Positions 1 through 8,959 of a DNA stretch of 64,000 bases are shown piece by piece. The stretch comes from Deltaproteobacteria bacterium. GTDB taxonomy: Bacteria > Myxococcota_A > Polyangia > Polyangiales > Sandaracinaceae. The notes under the pieces were generated by a model. That model saw only the letters and a list, made by a program, of their open reading frames with translations. It was not told the DNA's origin and did not search any database. Location of the stretch: assembly GCA_046342295.1 (NCBI GenBank), contig JBKDQC010000599.1, positions 531 through 64,530 on the forward strand. The letters are read 5' to 3'. Within the stretch, counting starts at the first letter, position 1; each line of letters begins with the position of its first letter. Both the position numbers and the translations under genes were made by a program.

Positions 1-564
1 GATCGCGCTCGCGGGCCACGGCGAGGGCACCCCGAGCTTCTTCGCGCGCTCGATCGCGAAGGCGACGCCGACCGCGCGCGGCAGATGCGAGGCGATCGTC
101 GAGGTCTGCGGCAGGATCGCGAGCTCGGGGTGGCCGAAGACCTTGTGCCGGCCCCCGGCGATCGGCTCGCTCGCGGCCGCGCACACGCCCCGCATCACGT
201 CCTCTCGCGCGCGCTCGTGCCCGACCTGCTGCGCGCGCGCGACGTAGAAGCCACCCGAACGGTAGTGGAGCAGCGCGGGGTCGGTCGGCTGGAGCGCCGC
301 GGCGAGCGCGGCGTTGCCCTCGTGGCCTGCGCTCCCGATCGTGTAGAAGCCAAGGCCCTGGGCGCGCAGCCAGCGCGCGCCATGGTCGAGCTGGCGGCTC
401 GCGATCTGGCACTCGAAGAGCTCGAGCGCGCGGCGACCGACAAGCGCGCTCCCGGCCCGCACGGGGCGCTCGAGCGCGCTCTCGTCGCGCGCGCCTCCGA
501 GCGCCGCGAGCGCAGAGGCGAGGTGCAGATCGAGAAGATCGCGCGCGTCGTTCGGGCTCGACAT
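1..564 (-). CDS. TPP-dependent 2-oxoacid dehydrogenase E1 component, N-terminal part (gene runs off the left edge)
   Basis: Absent from the ORF track because it is open at the edge. My translation from ATG 564..562 reads MSSPNDARDLLDLHL...FYTIGSAGHEGNAALAAAL...LLHYRSGGFYVARA...GGRHKVFGHPELAILPQTSTIASHLPRAVGVAFAIERAKKLG. This pattern is typical of E1 alpha-type subunits. Confidence 0.55.
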   Translation of the reverse strand, partial: MSSPNDARDLLDLHLASALAALGGARDESALERPVRAGSALVGRRALELFECQIASRQLDHGARWLRAQGLGFYTIGSAGHEGNAALAAALQPTDPALLHYRSGGFYVARAQQVGHERAREDVMRGVCAAASEPIAGGRHKVFGHPELAILPQTSTIASHLPRAVGVAFAIERAKKLGVPSPWPASAI

Positions 565-717
565 GGGCGCGCGACTATGGCGAGCGCGCCGGCTCGACGC
601 CAACAGCCCAGGAGTCGCTCGGGCCCTCCAGACAGCTCTCGGCCCAAGCGGGGTTGGGGCCCCGCGCGGGAGCACGCGCTTCGGCGCGTGGAGCGGGAGG
701 GGGCCCCGCTACGCGGG

Positions 718-739
718 GGAGGGGCCGCTCGGCCCCTCC
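718..739 (-). terminator. GC-rich stop-proximal hairpin downstream of the kinase gene (no U-tract)
   Basis: GGAGGGGCC-gctc-GGCCCCTCC, a 9-bp stem that begins 8 nt after the TGA at 749..747. Confidence 0.35.
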
Positions 740-746
740 AGACAAC

Positions 747-2486
747 TCACGTGCTCTGGCGGAGCGCGACGGTCTGGTCGCTCTTGGCAGCCGGCTGCGC
801 GCCCATCGCGAACTGCGCCTCTTCTCGGCGCATCTCTTCGAGCAGCTCGGCGCACTCGGGCCGACCGCGCAGGTGGTTGAGCAAGAGCGCGGAGGACTCC
901 GTGAAGGTCTTCTCGAACATCAGCGCCTCACGCACCCGCGTCGCGATGCGCTCGCGCCCCGCCGCGAGGTCGTTCTCGAGAGCGTCGCCGTAGCGCTGGA
1001 GCTGGGCGCGGAGCTCGTCGATCTGCCGACGCAGATCCTGCGCGCTCTTCTCCTTCGCCTGGGCGCGTCGATCCGAGTCGCCCACCACCTCGCTCAGCAC
1101 GTCCGCCTTGCTCTTGCCTGCGGTCGCGGCCTCGAAGGCGGCGCGCCACCGTGCGAGGTCGCCCGCGCTGCGCTCGAGCGCATGCACTTCGCGCGCGCTC
1201 TGCTCGTAGAGCGCGCGCTCGCGCTCGATGCGCTGCGCGAGCTTCGCGATCCGGTCGCGCTCGGCGGCGGCGTCGCGAAGCGTCCGAGACTCTTCCTCCG
1301 CGAGGTCCTCGACCTTGCGTCCGATCTCGGCGCGGAGCGCGCGCCCCCGCCGCTCGATCGCGTCGAGCTTGCGCTGGTGGCTCGCGAGCTCGCCCTCGAG
1401 CCGCGAGGCCCGCGCCGAGACCTCCCAGAGCTGGTCGTTGGCGTGCTGCAGCTCCTCGGGTACGCGGCCGTTCGGGTACGCGCGCGCGAGCATCCGCGAG
1501 AAGTACGCAGCGCGGCGGCTCCACTCGACCACGCCCGGCGTCGGCGCAGGCGGCGGTGGCGGCGGCTGCGCTGGCGCGCCCGCGTCACCCGCCGACTGCA
1601 CGTCCCACGTCGAGGGGAGCGTGCGCTGGAACGCCTTGAGCTCCTCGGAGAGGTGGTGGCCGTCCCGGAAACGGCTGCGCGGATCCTTCTCGAGGAGCTT
1701 CAGGATGATGCGCTCGGCTGCTTCGGGGAGCTCCTTCGCGATCGAGCGAGGCTTCGGGGCCGGCGCGGTCTTCTGCATCTCGAGCAGCGTGTCCCGGTCC
1801 GACGACCGGAACGGGAGCTGCCCTGTCGTCATCTCGAAGAAGAGAACCCCGAGCGCGTACAGGTCCGAGACGGGCATCGCGTCTTCGCCGCGCGCCTGCT
1901 CGGGCGACATGTACTCGGGTGTCCCGAACACGGCGCCCTTGGGCGCGAGGCGCGGGTCGCGCGCGAGCGCAGCCAGGCCGAAGTCGAGGATCTTCACGAA
2001 GTCGCGCCGACCGCCCTTGGCCGTCAGCATGATGTTGTCGCTCTTGAGATCGCGGTGCACGACGCCGAGGTCGTGCGCGCGAGCGAGCGCGGCGGTCATC
2101 TGCTCGAGCACGTCGGTCGCGCGAGCCAGCGGCATCGGGCCCTTCGCGATCTCGGAGCTGAGCGAGCTCCCGACCAGGTACTCCATCACGAGGTAGAGCT
2201 CGCCCTCCTCGGTCTCGCCCACGTCGTGGATCTCCACGATGTGCGCATGATCGACGCGGTTGGCGGCGCGCGCCTCGCGCAGCATCCAGGCCCGGAGGTG
2301 CGTCTCGCCGCGGAGGTCGGGGCGGATGAGCTTCAGCGCCACGACGCGGTCGATGAGCACGTGCCGGGCGCGGTACACCACGCCCATGCCCCCTTCACCG
2401 AGGAGCGCCTCGAGGCGGTAGCGCCCGGCGACCACTTTGCCGAGGTAGCTGTCTTTCGAAGACTTGGCGGCGGCTTTCGTCGACAT
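747..2486 (-). CDS. Ser/Thr protein kinase (Hanks type) with C-terminal coiled-coil region
   Basis: LGEGGMGVVYRA, VALKLI, HRDLKSDNIML, DFGLA and GTPEYMSPEQ motifs. A Pro-rich linker is followed by a long E/R/A-rich helical tail. Confidence 0.92.
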   Translation of the reverse strand: MSTKAAAKSSKDSYLGKVVAGRYRLEALLGEGGMGVVYRARHVLIDRVVALKLIRPDLRGETHLRAWMLREARAANRVDHAHIVEIHDVGETEEGELYLVMEYLVGSSLSSEIAKGPMPLARATDVLEQMTAALARAHDLGVVHRDLKSDNIMLTAKGGRRDFVKILDFGLAALARDPRLAPKGAVFGTPEYMSPEQARGEDAMPVSDLYALGVLFFEMTTGQLPFRSSDRDTLLEMQKTAPAPKPRSIAKELPEAAERIILKLLEKDPRSRFRDGHHLSEELKAFQRTLPSTWDVQSAGDAGAPAQPPPPPPAPTPGVVEWSRRAAYFSRMLARAYPNGRVPEELQHANDQLWEVSARASRLEGELASHQRKLDAIERRGRALRAEIGRKVEDLAEEESRTLRDAAAERDRIAKLAQRIERERALYEQSAREVHALERSAGDLARWRAAFEAATAGKSKADVLSEVVGDSDRRAQAKEKSAQDLRRQIDELRAQLQRYGDALENDLAAGRERIATRVREALMFEKTFTESSALLLNHLRGRPECAELLEEMRREEAQFAMGAQPAAKSDQTVALRQST

Positions 2487-2670
2487 CTCGCCCGGATGAT
2501 AACGGAATCGAACGCGCGTCTGTCACGGCGTTTCGCGCCGCCGAGGACCCCGCTGCATCGTCCGGCGAGATCGTTTATCCTCGAGACGAAGGCGCGGCGG
2601 GCGCGTCGCCCGTGACCGAGCCGCCCTCGTGCAGCCACCGCGGTCGCTGATGGTCGGGGCTCTCGCCGGG

Positions 2671-2709
2671 CTTCTGTTCGGGGCTTCTGCTTGGGACTTC
2701 TGTTCTGGA
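2671..2709. repeat. 3 tandem copies of a 13-bp unit CTTCTGYTYGGRR in a divergent promoter region
   Basis: cttctgttcgggg / cttctgcttggga / cttctgttctgga, read directly. Confidence 0.8.
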
Positions 2710-2767
2710 CCATTCGCTCCGCGCCGCTGCGCGGGCGTCGCTGATGAAACCCGTACCCGGAGGTTCT

Positions 2768-4909
2768 ATGGGTCGGACCCCGATGCGCGTCGGCCCCTAT
2801 CGGCTCGAGCGAAGGATCGCCTCCGGTGGCATGGCGGAGGTCCACGTCGCGCACCGGGAGGGTGCGAACGGCTTCGAGCGACGCCTCGCGGTCAAGACGA
2901 TCCTCCCTCAGCTCGCCAGCGATCCCGACTTCGCGGCGATGTTCGCGGACGAGGCGCGGATCGCCGCTCGCCTCGAGCATCCGAGCATCGCCCAGGTCTT
3001 CGACTTCGGCGAGCACGAGGGCACCCTCTACCTCGCGATGGAGCTCGTGGACGGCGCGAGCGTGAACAGGCTCCTCCGCGCCGCCGGCGCCTCGCGGGAG
3101 CCCACGCCGATCCCGCTCTCCGTGATCCTCCACATCGGGATCGAGGTCGCGCGCGCGCTCGCGTACGCCCACGTCGCGCGAGACGCGTCCGGGCGACCGC
3201 TCGGGATCGTGCACCGCGACGTCTCTCCCGCGAACATCCTCCTCGGTCGACGCGGAGAGGTGAAGCTCGCGGACTTCGGCATCGCGCGCGCCATCGGCGC
3301 GGCGCATCGCACCGACGAGGGCATGGTCCGCGGCAAGCTGGGCTACATGTCGCCCGAGCAGGTGCGAGGCGAGGCAGTCGATGGGCGCAGCGACGTCTTC
3401 ACGCTGGCCGCGGTGCTCGCCGAGATGTGCTCGCTCGAGCCGCTCTTCGGGACCGGCGACGATCTCGCGGTGCTCATGCGGATCCGGAACGCAGACCTCG
3501 CGCCGCTCGAGCGACTGCTCGCCGCCGAGGAGCGGCGCGCGCGTCCTCCAGAGAAGCGGCGCGCGCCGGGGCCACCTCCCGAGCTGCTCCGCCTCCTCCT
3601 CAGCGCGCTCACGCGCAAACCCGAAGATCGCATCGAGGCCTCCTACCTCGCCGATGCGCTCGAGGAGATCGCGGAGCGTCGCAACCTTCACGGGCGCCGC
3701 ATGCGCGAGACCGCGCGTTTGCTGCATCGGCTCGGCCTGATCTCCTCCGACGCCGTCGACGTCGAGGCGCGAGAGCCCGGCGCGCGGCCGACCACGCTCG
3801 TCGCCACGCGCGATTCAGCACCCTCCCTCCCCTCGGTCGCGACCACCGACCGGCCGCGTCCTGCCGGCTCGCACGAGCTGCTCGCCGCGATCGCGCTCGA
3901 GCCGCCGGTGCACTACGAGCTCGTCGACCGGGACGGGACCGTGCGCGGACCGCTCTCGTACGCGGAGCTCGTCCGGCGCATCGTCGCGGGTGACGTCGGC
4001 CCGGGGCTGACGGTGCGGCGCGAGGGTCAGCACGACGGAGAGGCGCCCCGTGAGCTGAACCGCTACCTCTCCTCGCGCGCGTTCGCGTGGAACGCTTTGG
4101 CCGAGGGTCGCGAGCGCGGCGAGATCGAGAGCGGCCGCATGCTCTCGCTCGCGCTTCGGCTCGGCACGACGCGCGCGACGGGCATGCTCGAGATCGTCGA
4201 GCCTCCCTTCGGCTCTCCGGAAGCCAGGCGACCTCGGCGCAAGCGCGTCTTCTACGTCGAGGGCCGTCCCGAATTCGTCAGCTCGAACGACCCCCAGGAG
4301 CTGCTCGGGGAATTCCTCGTCCGCAACGGCATCTGCCTCCGCATGGAGCTCGAGATGGCGCTCGCGCTCCTCGATCGCCACGACGGTCGCCTCGCCGACG
4401 CGCTCGTAGCCCTCGGCGTGGTCCGGCCGATCGCGCTCGTCAGCGCGATCGAGCGCCAGGTGCGCGAGCGCTACCTCGAGATGTTTCGTTGGCGTGCCGG
4501 AACGTGGAGCTTCGTCGAAGGGCTGCGCTCGGGGGAAGAAGTGGTCCCGATCGGCCGGGGCCCGCTCGAGCTGCTCCTCGACGCCGCGATGGACCTCGAC
4601 GCGACGCATGTGGAAGCCGCGATCGCCCCGATGCGCGAGCGCCTCGTGACGCGCGTGCTCGCGCCGCCGGCGCCCATCGCGGCGTTCCCGTTGCCCGAGG
4701 GCTGGGCTCGGGCCCTCGAGGATGTCGATGGCCGTACCCCGCTCGCCGGGCTGCTCCTACGAGCGCGGGCGGCCCATGGCCTCGACCTCGACGAAGCGTG
4801 CCGCGTCTTTCACTTCGGGCTGAGCTGCTCTCTTCTGCGCGCCTCGCGCCCCTCGGTCGTTCGAGAGGACGAACGGCCGACGAGACTCCCTGCCGCCAAG
4901 CGGTCGTGA
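2768..4909 (+). CDS. Ser/Thr protein kinase with GYF-like and DUF4388 (PatA-N-like) C-terminal domains
   Basis: GGMAEVHVA, HRDVSPANILL, DFGIA and GKLGYMSPEQ motifs. The C-terminus carries YELVDRDGTVRGPLSYAELV and GMLEIVEP...RKRVFYVEGRPEFVSSNDP. The start at 2768 is preceded by GGAGG; the alternative ATG is at 2744. Confidence 0.9.
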   Translation: MGRTPMRVGPYRLERRIASGGMAEVHVAHREGANGFERRLAVKTILPQLASDPDFAAMFADEARIAARLEHPSIAQVFDFGEHEGTLYLAMELVDGASVNRLLRAAGASREPTPIPLSVILHIGIEVARALAYAHVARDASGRPLGIVHRDVSPANILLGRRGEVKLADFGIARAIGAAHRTDEGMVRGKLGYMSPEQVRGEAVDGRSDVFTLAAVLAEMCSLEPLFGTGDDLAVLMRIRNADLAPLERLLAAEERRARPPEKRRAPGPPPELLRLLLSALTRKPEDRIEASYLADALEEIAERRNLHGRRMRETARLLHRLGLISSDAVDVEAREPGARPTTLVATRDSAPSLPSVATTDRPRPAGSHELLAAIALEPPVHYELVDRDGTVRGPLSYAELVRRIVAGDVGPGLTVRREGQHDGEAPRELNRYLSSRAFAWNALAEGRERGEIESGRMLSLALRLGTTRATGMLEIVEPPFGSPEARRPRRKRVFYVEGRPEFVSSNDPQELLGEFLVRNGICLRMELEMALALLDRHDGRLADALVALGVVRPIALVSAIERQVRERYLEMFRWRAGTWSFVEGLRSGEEVVPIGRGPLELLLDAAMDLDATHVEAAIAPMRERLVTRVLAPPAPIAAFPLPEGWARALEDVDGRTPLAGLLLRARAAHGLDLDEACRVFHFGLSCSLLRASRPSVVREDERPTRLPAAKRS

Positions 4910-4942
4910 TCTCGCCCCGATCCTCCATGCTATCTACGGCGC

Positions 4943-6754
4943 GTGCTCGCCTCGGTCGGTAGCTCGCTCCGAACGCTCGTGCGCGACCGAGAGCGCCGCT
5001 CCGCGACGCTGGTAGCGCTGGCGCTGTTCGTCGCGGCGCTCGCACGCATCGGCACGGCGAGCTGGGGCATGCCTTTCCGCTACCACACCGACGAGCTCGG
5101 CTTCGTGATGTGGGTGGCGGCACACGCCGAGTGGAACGGCTTCGCGCACGGCAGCTTCGAGCCGACCGTGACGACCTACGGGCCGCTCGTCTACGAGCTC
5201 GCGCTGGCCGTGAAATGGATCGTATCCGGCACGGACGGCGCCGCCGAGGCGGTGCGCCACGCGCGGGACGGTTGGCAGTACCTCCGACTCCTCGACGATC
5301 CCACACGCACGCCGCTCACCATGATCGCGTGGATCGGGACCATGAGGGTCGTGTCCGCGTGGATCGGTGTGGCGACCGTGCTCGTGCTCGCGCGCGCGAC
5401 GCGGCGACTCGCGGGACCGGAGGCCGCCGCGATCGTGGCGTGGCTCGCGGCGCTCGCGCCCGGTCTCGTTCAAGTGTCGCATTTCTACACGCCCGACGGA
5501 CTGCTGCTCCTCTTCGAGGTGATGGTGCTCGACGCGGCGAGCCTCCTCGTCGAACGGCCATCACCGGCGCGCGCCGCGTACGCGGGCCTGGGGATCGGGC
5601 TGATCCTCGCGACGAAGATGACGGGCGGGCTCGTCGCGCTGCTCGTGCCCTTCGCGCTGTACGTGCGCCGCGAGCGCGGAAGCGACGTGAGCGCTTCGGG
5701 CGCGATCGTGCGCGCTTGCTTCACGGGTTCGACCTGGGTCGCGGTGCTCGTGTCCCTCGCAACCTACGCGGCGCTCTGCCCGTGGGCCGTGATGCGCGGA
5801 CCCGCCTACTTCACCGGAGGTGGCGGGCCGACCTCGGGAGCCTTCATGCTGGCGACGCTGTACCAGCGCGACCTCGGCTACTACGACTGGCGACTCGCGT
5901 ACCTCGACGAGCCCCGCGGGGTGACCTTCTTCACGTCGCTCCTGCCTTACGTGCTCGGCGCGCCCGTGGTCCTCGCAGGGCTCGCGGGTCTCGTGCTCAA
6001 CGAGCGACGCGTGCGCCTGATGTCCTGGGGCCTGCTCGCGCCCACGGCCATCCTGGTGTCGGGCTGGTCGGTCCTCACCGTTCGCTACGCGCTGCCTCTG
6101 GCGCCTCCTCTCCTGCTCTCGGCCGCTGCCTTTCTCGCGCAGACGAGCCACCTCACGCTCCGATCGGCACGCCCGCTCCGCGCCGGGCTCCTGGCCGTGG
6201 TGCTGGCGATGTCGCTCGCCCGCGGCCTCGCGTGGAGCCTGATGTTCGTCGAGGACGACCCCCGCACGCTCGCGTCACGGTGGATCGCCGAGCATGCGCG
6301 CGACGGCGATGTCGTCGTGACGGAGCACGACCTCTCCTACACCGCACCGCTCGGACGCGCCGACGAGGCCTCCGGACCTCTGCCGTACCCCATGCCACGC
6401 ATCGACGTGCAGCGGCTCTTCGCGACCGGGGAGCGTGGCCCCGCCGTCGAGGCGGCCGCGACGCGGCTGCTCGGCGGCGCACGCTTCTTCGTCGTGAGCG
6501 AGTGGATGCTTCGACGCGCGCGCAGCGGCGCGGCGCGTGTCGCCTCGCCCGAGCACGTACGGTTCTACGAGGCGCTGCTCTCGGGGCAGACCGGCTACAC
6601 GGAGGTCGCCCGCTTCGAGCGGCACCCACGCCTCGGGCCGCTCGCGTGGAGCGAGGCTGACGAAGAGCAGCTCGCGGTGTGCTTCGACCACTGCCCGGTG
6701 CGGATCTTCGAGCGCACGGGAGAGTACCGGAGCCCCTTCCCCGATCGCGAGTGA
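4943..6754 (+). CDS. GT-C fold membrane glycosyltransferase (ArnT/PMT_2-like)
   Basis: GTG start. There are many TM helices, an early loop reads HTDELGFVMW, and the soluble C-terminal domain is about 150 aa. Confidence 0.78.
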   Translation: MLASVGSSLRTLVRDRERRSATLVALALFVAALARIGTASWGMPFRYHTDELGFVMWVAAHAEWNGFAHGSFEPTVTTYGPLVYELALAVKWIVSGTDGAAEAVRHARDGWQYLRLLDDPTRTPLTMIAWIGTMRVVSAWIGVATVLVLARATRRLAGPEAAAIVAWLAALAPGLVQVSHFYTPDGLLLLFEVMVLDAASLLVERPSPARAAYAGLGIGLILATKMTGGLVALLVPFALYVRRERGSDVSASGAIVRACFTGSTWVAVLVSLATYAALCPWAVMRGPAYFTGGGGPTSGAFMLATLYQRDLGYYDWRLAYLDEPRGVTFFTSLLPYVLGAPVVLAGLAGLVLNERRVRLMSWGLLAPTAILVSGWSVLTVRYALPLAPPLLLSAAAFLAQTSHLTLRSARPLRAGLLAVVLAMSLARGLAWSLMFVEDDPRTLASRWIAEHARDGDVVVTEHDLSYTAPLGRADEASGPLPYPMPRIDVQRLFATGERGPAVEAAATRLLGGARFFVVSEWMLRRARSGAARVASPEHVRFYEALLSGQTGYTEVARFERHPRLGPLAWSEADEEQLAVCFDHCPVRIFERTGEYRSPFPDRE

Positions 6755-6778
6755 ACGCGCATCGCGAACCCACGCGCG

Positions 6779-8089
6779 TCAGAGGTTGAAGCCTCGGTTG
6801 CGGTCGAAGTCCCGGTGGGGCTCGACGTCGTAGCCTCCGACGAACGCGAAGGAGACCACGACCATCGTGAGGAGCCCGCCGAGCAGCGCCGCGCGCGCCG
6901 GGGCTCTCCAGCCGAAGGCCTGGGCGAGACCGAACGGCGCGAGAAACGCCACGAGCACGGCGAGGAGGAGGCGCCGCGCGTCGGCGATGTCGGTGCCGGG
7001 TGAGAAGAAATGGCTCTCCGAGGTCGCGAAATTGAGGGAGTACAGCACGAGCGTCAGGACGAAGACCGCGCCGCGCCCGAGCTCGGGCTCGCGCCACAGG
7101 TCCGCGAGGAACCGCCCCGCGGCCAGGCACAGGAACGGGAGGATGGGTGTGACGTACCACCCGTAGCTCCATGCTCCCGCACCAAAGCCGATCGCGCCCA
7201 GGTACGTGAAGAGCGGCACCACGAGCACGGCCGTGTTGGCGCGATGGCGTGCGAAGAAGCTCGCCATCGCCGCGAGCCAGAGGAAGAGGAGCCAACCGCG
7301 GCCGACGACGCTGTGGTTGATCTGCGGATTGTGGAAGAAGCGCAGGAAGATGTTGAAGGTGACCTGGCGACCGCTCTGGGTCTCCTGCGCGAAGAGGAAC
7401 TCCTGCCATCCGAGAGCGGCGCCGTACCCGAGGAGCATCGCGGCACCGAGCGCAGCACCGAGCGCGACGACGCCCACGTCGCGGGCCCGCCCGACGCGCG
7501 CGACGAGCACGCCGAGCGCCACCGAAAGCGCGAAGCCGGTGACCTTCGCGAGGACCGCAGCGCCGGCGAGCGTCGCAGCGAGGACGAGCCACCGGCGGGC
7601 GGCAGGCGAACCTGGATCGTTCGCGCGATCCGGCTGGTCGCGGAACTGGAGAAACGCGAGCACCATCCCGAGCGCGAGCGGCGTCACGAGCACCTCCTCC
7701 TTGATGGTGCGACTCTGAAGCGCGATCCAGGGCAGCGCAGCCCAGAGCAACGCCGCGAAGTACGGTGCCGGCGAGCCGCGATCGAGGCGACGTCCGACCG
7801 CGACGATCAGGACGACGACCAGCACCGACGCCGCGAGGGGCACGAGGCGCCCGTGCGTATGCTTCATCTCGAGGTGATCTTCGGCGCCGCCGAGCCAGCC
7901 CGCCGCGCCGACGAGGAGGTGGAGCAGCGGGGGGTGCTCGAAGTAGGGCGAGACCACGTGAAAGGGACGGTAGACGTAGTGCTCGAGCGTGATGACGCCG
8001 ACCTCCGGACCGCGCTCGGAGTACGCATGGGGCCAGAGGGTCCAGCCCCTCGAGACGCCCTCGGTGAGGAGCGAGTGCCCGTTCCACAT
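6779..8089 (-). CDS. GT-C fold membrane glycosyltransferase, C-terminal portion of a gene interrupted by an in-frame TAG (see finding)
   Basis: Polytopic membrane protein with YFEHPPLLHLLVGAAGWLGG. It is in the same frame as 8156..8839, and the frame stays open and protein-like from 8155 down to the ATG at 8089. Confidence 0.75.
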   Translation of the reverse strand: MWNGHSLLTEGVSRGWTLWPHAYSERGPEVGVITLEHYVYRPFHVVSPYFEHPPLLHLLVGAAGWLGGAEDHLEMKHTHGRLVPLAASVLVVVLIVAVGRRLDRGSPAPYFAALLWAALPWIALQSRTIKEEVLVTPLALGMVLAFLQFRDQPDRANDPGSPAARRWLVLAATLAGAAVLAKVTGFALSVALGVLVARVGRARDVGVVALGAALGAAMLLGYGAALGWQEFLFAQETQSGRQVTFNIFLRFFHNPQINHSVVGRGWLLFLWLAAMASFFARHRANTAVLVVPLFTYLGAIGFGAGAWSYGWYVTPILPFLCLAAGRFLADLWREPELGRGAVFVLTLVLYSLNFATSESHFFSPGTDIADARRLLLAVLVAFLAPFGLAQAFGWRAPARAALLGGLLTMVVVSFAFVGGYDVEPHRDFDRNRGFNL

Positions 8090-8155
8090 CGCGAAGAGCT
8101 CGTCCTCGTTCTCGCGCTGATCCGGTGAGAGATCGTGGTCGTAGCCCCGGAGGCC

Positions 8156-8839
8156 CTACGTGAGCGCGACGAGGCCCAGAACCGCGAGCGTGCGCAGGGA
8201 CATGCGTCGGTGTCGGCCGCCGTCGCGCACCGCGAGAGACGCGAGCGCCGCGACCGAAAGCACCCCGGCGAGGCCGAGGAGCCAGAGCACGAGCCGTGTG
8301 CAGGGCCAGGGGCCCTCTCCCGGGGTCAGCGCGCTCCGAGGCACGTCCTCGATCGCGTCGCGCGGCCCGTCGATCCACCGCAGGACGAAGCGGGGACCTC
8401 GTTCGAGCTCGCAGCGCCAGTCGATCTCGAGGTCATGCGTGCCGGCGGAGACGAGCGCGTCGGGGCCGAGCGGTTCTCCGTCCACGCGCAGCCGCGTCTC
8501 GCCCTCGGCCTCGACGAGCAAGCGACGGCCCCCTCCGGGCACTGCGATCTGCGCAGAGAGCGTGGCGTCGATGGGTGGGCTCGAGGCGGGCATCCCGAGC
8601 CTGCGGAAATCCCAGGCGGCCATCATCCGCGCGTAGGGCCGTCGGTCGTTGTGGAACGCGAGGCGATGCTCGACGCCGCGCGCGAGCTCGACGCGCCGGC
8701 CCTCGTGCACCGCGTACCACGCGACGGTCCAGCCGTGACGGAGCAAGACATCGAGACCGAGGAGGACGGCGACCCCGATCAGGAGAACCGCGAGCGGGGC
8801 TCGCCACGTGCGCGGCTCGGGCGAGGCGGGAGCGTTCAT
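8156..8839 (-). CDS. N-terminal TM anchor + PA14-like domain + TM helix (N-terminal portion of the interrupted glycosyltransferase gene)
   Basis: WTVAWYAVHEG...ATLSAQIAVPGGGRRLLVEAEGETRLRVDGEPL...GTHDLEIDW resembles the PA14/GLEYA-type beta-sandwich pattern. The ORF ends at TAG 8158..8156. Confidence 0.7.
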   Translation of the reverse strand: MNAPASPEPRTWRAPLAVLLIGVAVLLGLDVLLRHGWTVAWYAVHEGRRVELARGVEHRLAFHNDRRPYARMMAAWDFRRLGMPASSPPIDATLSAQIAVPGGGRRLLVEAEGETRLRVDGEPLGPDALVSAGTHDLEIDWRCELERGPRFVLRWIDGPRDAIEDVPRSALTPGEGPWPCTRLVLWLLGLAGVLSVAALASLAVRDGGRHRRMSLRTLAVLGLVALT

Positions 8840-8959
8840 CGGTGCGCGCCTCGGACGGGGCGGTTTCCGTGGTCATTCACGTCGATCCGCGCGAACGTGT
8901 CCCCCTTGGAAAAGCCCCTGGCACGGGGCGACGGACGGCGAGAAGCTGATTGCCAGGCG

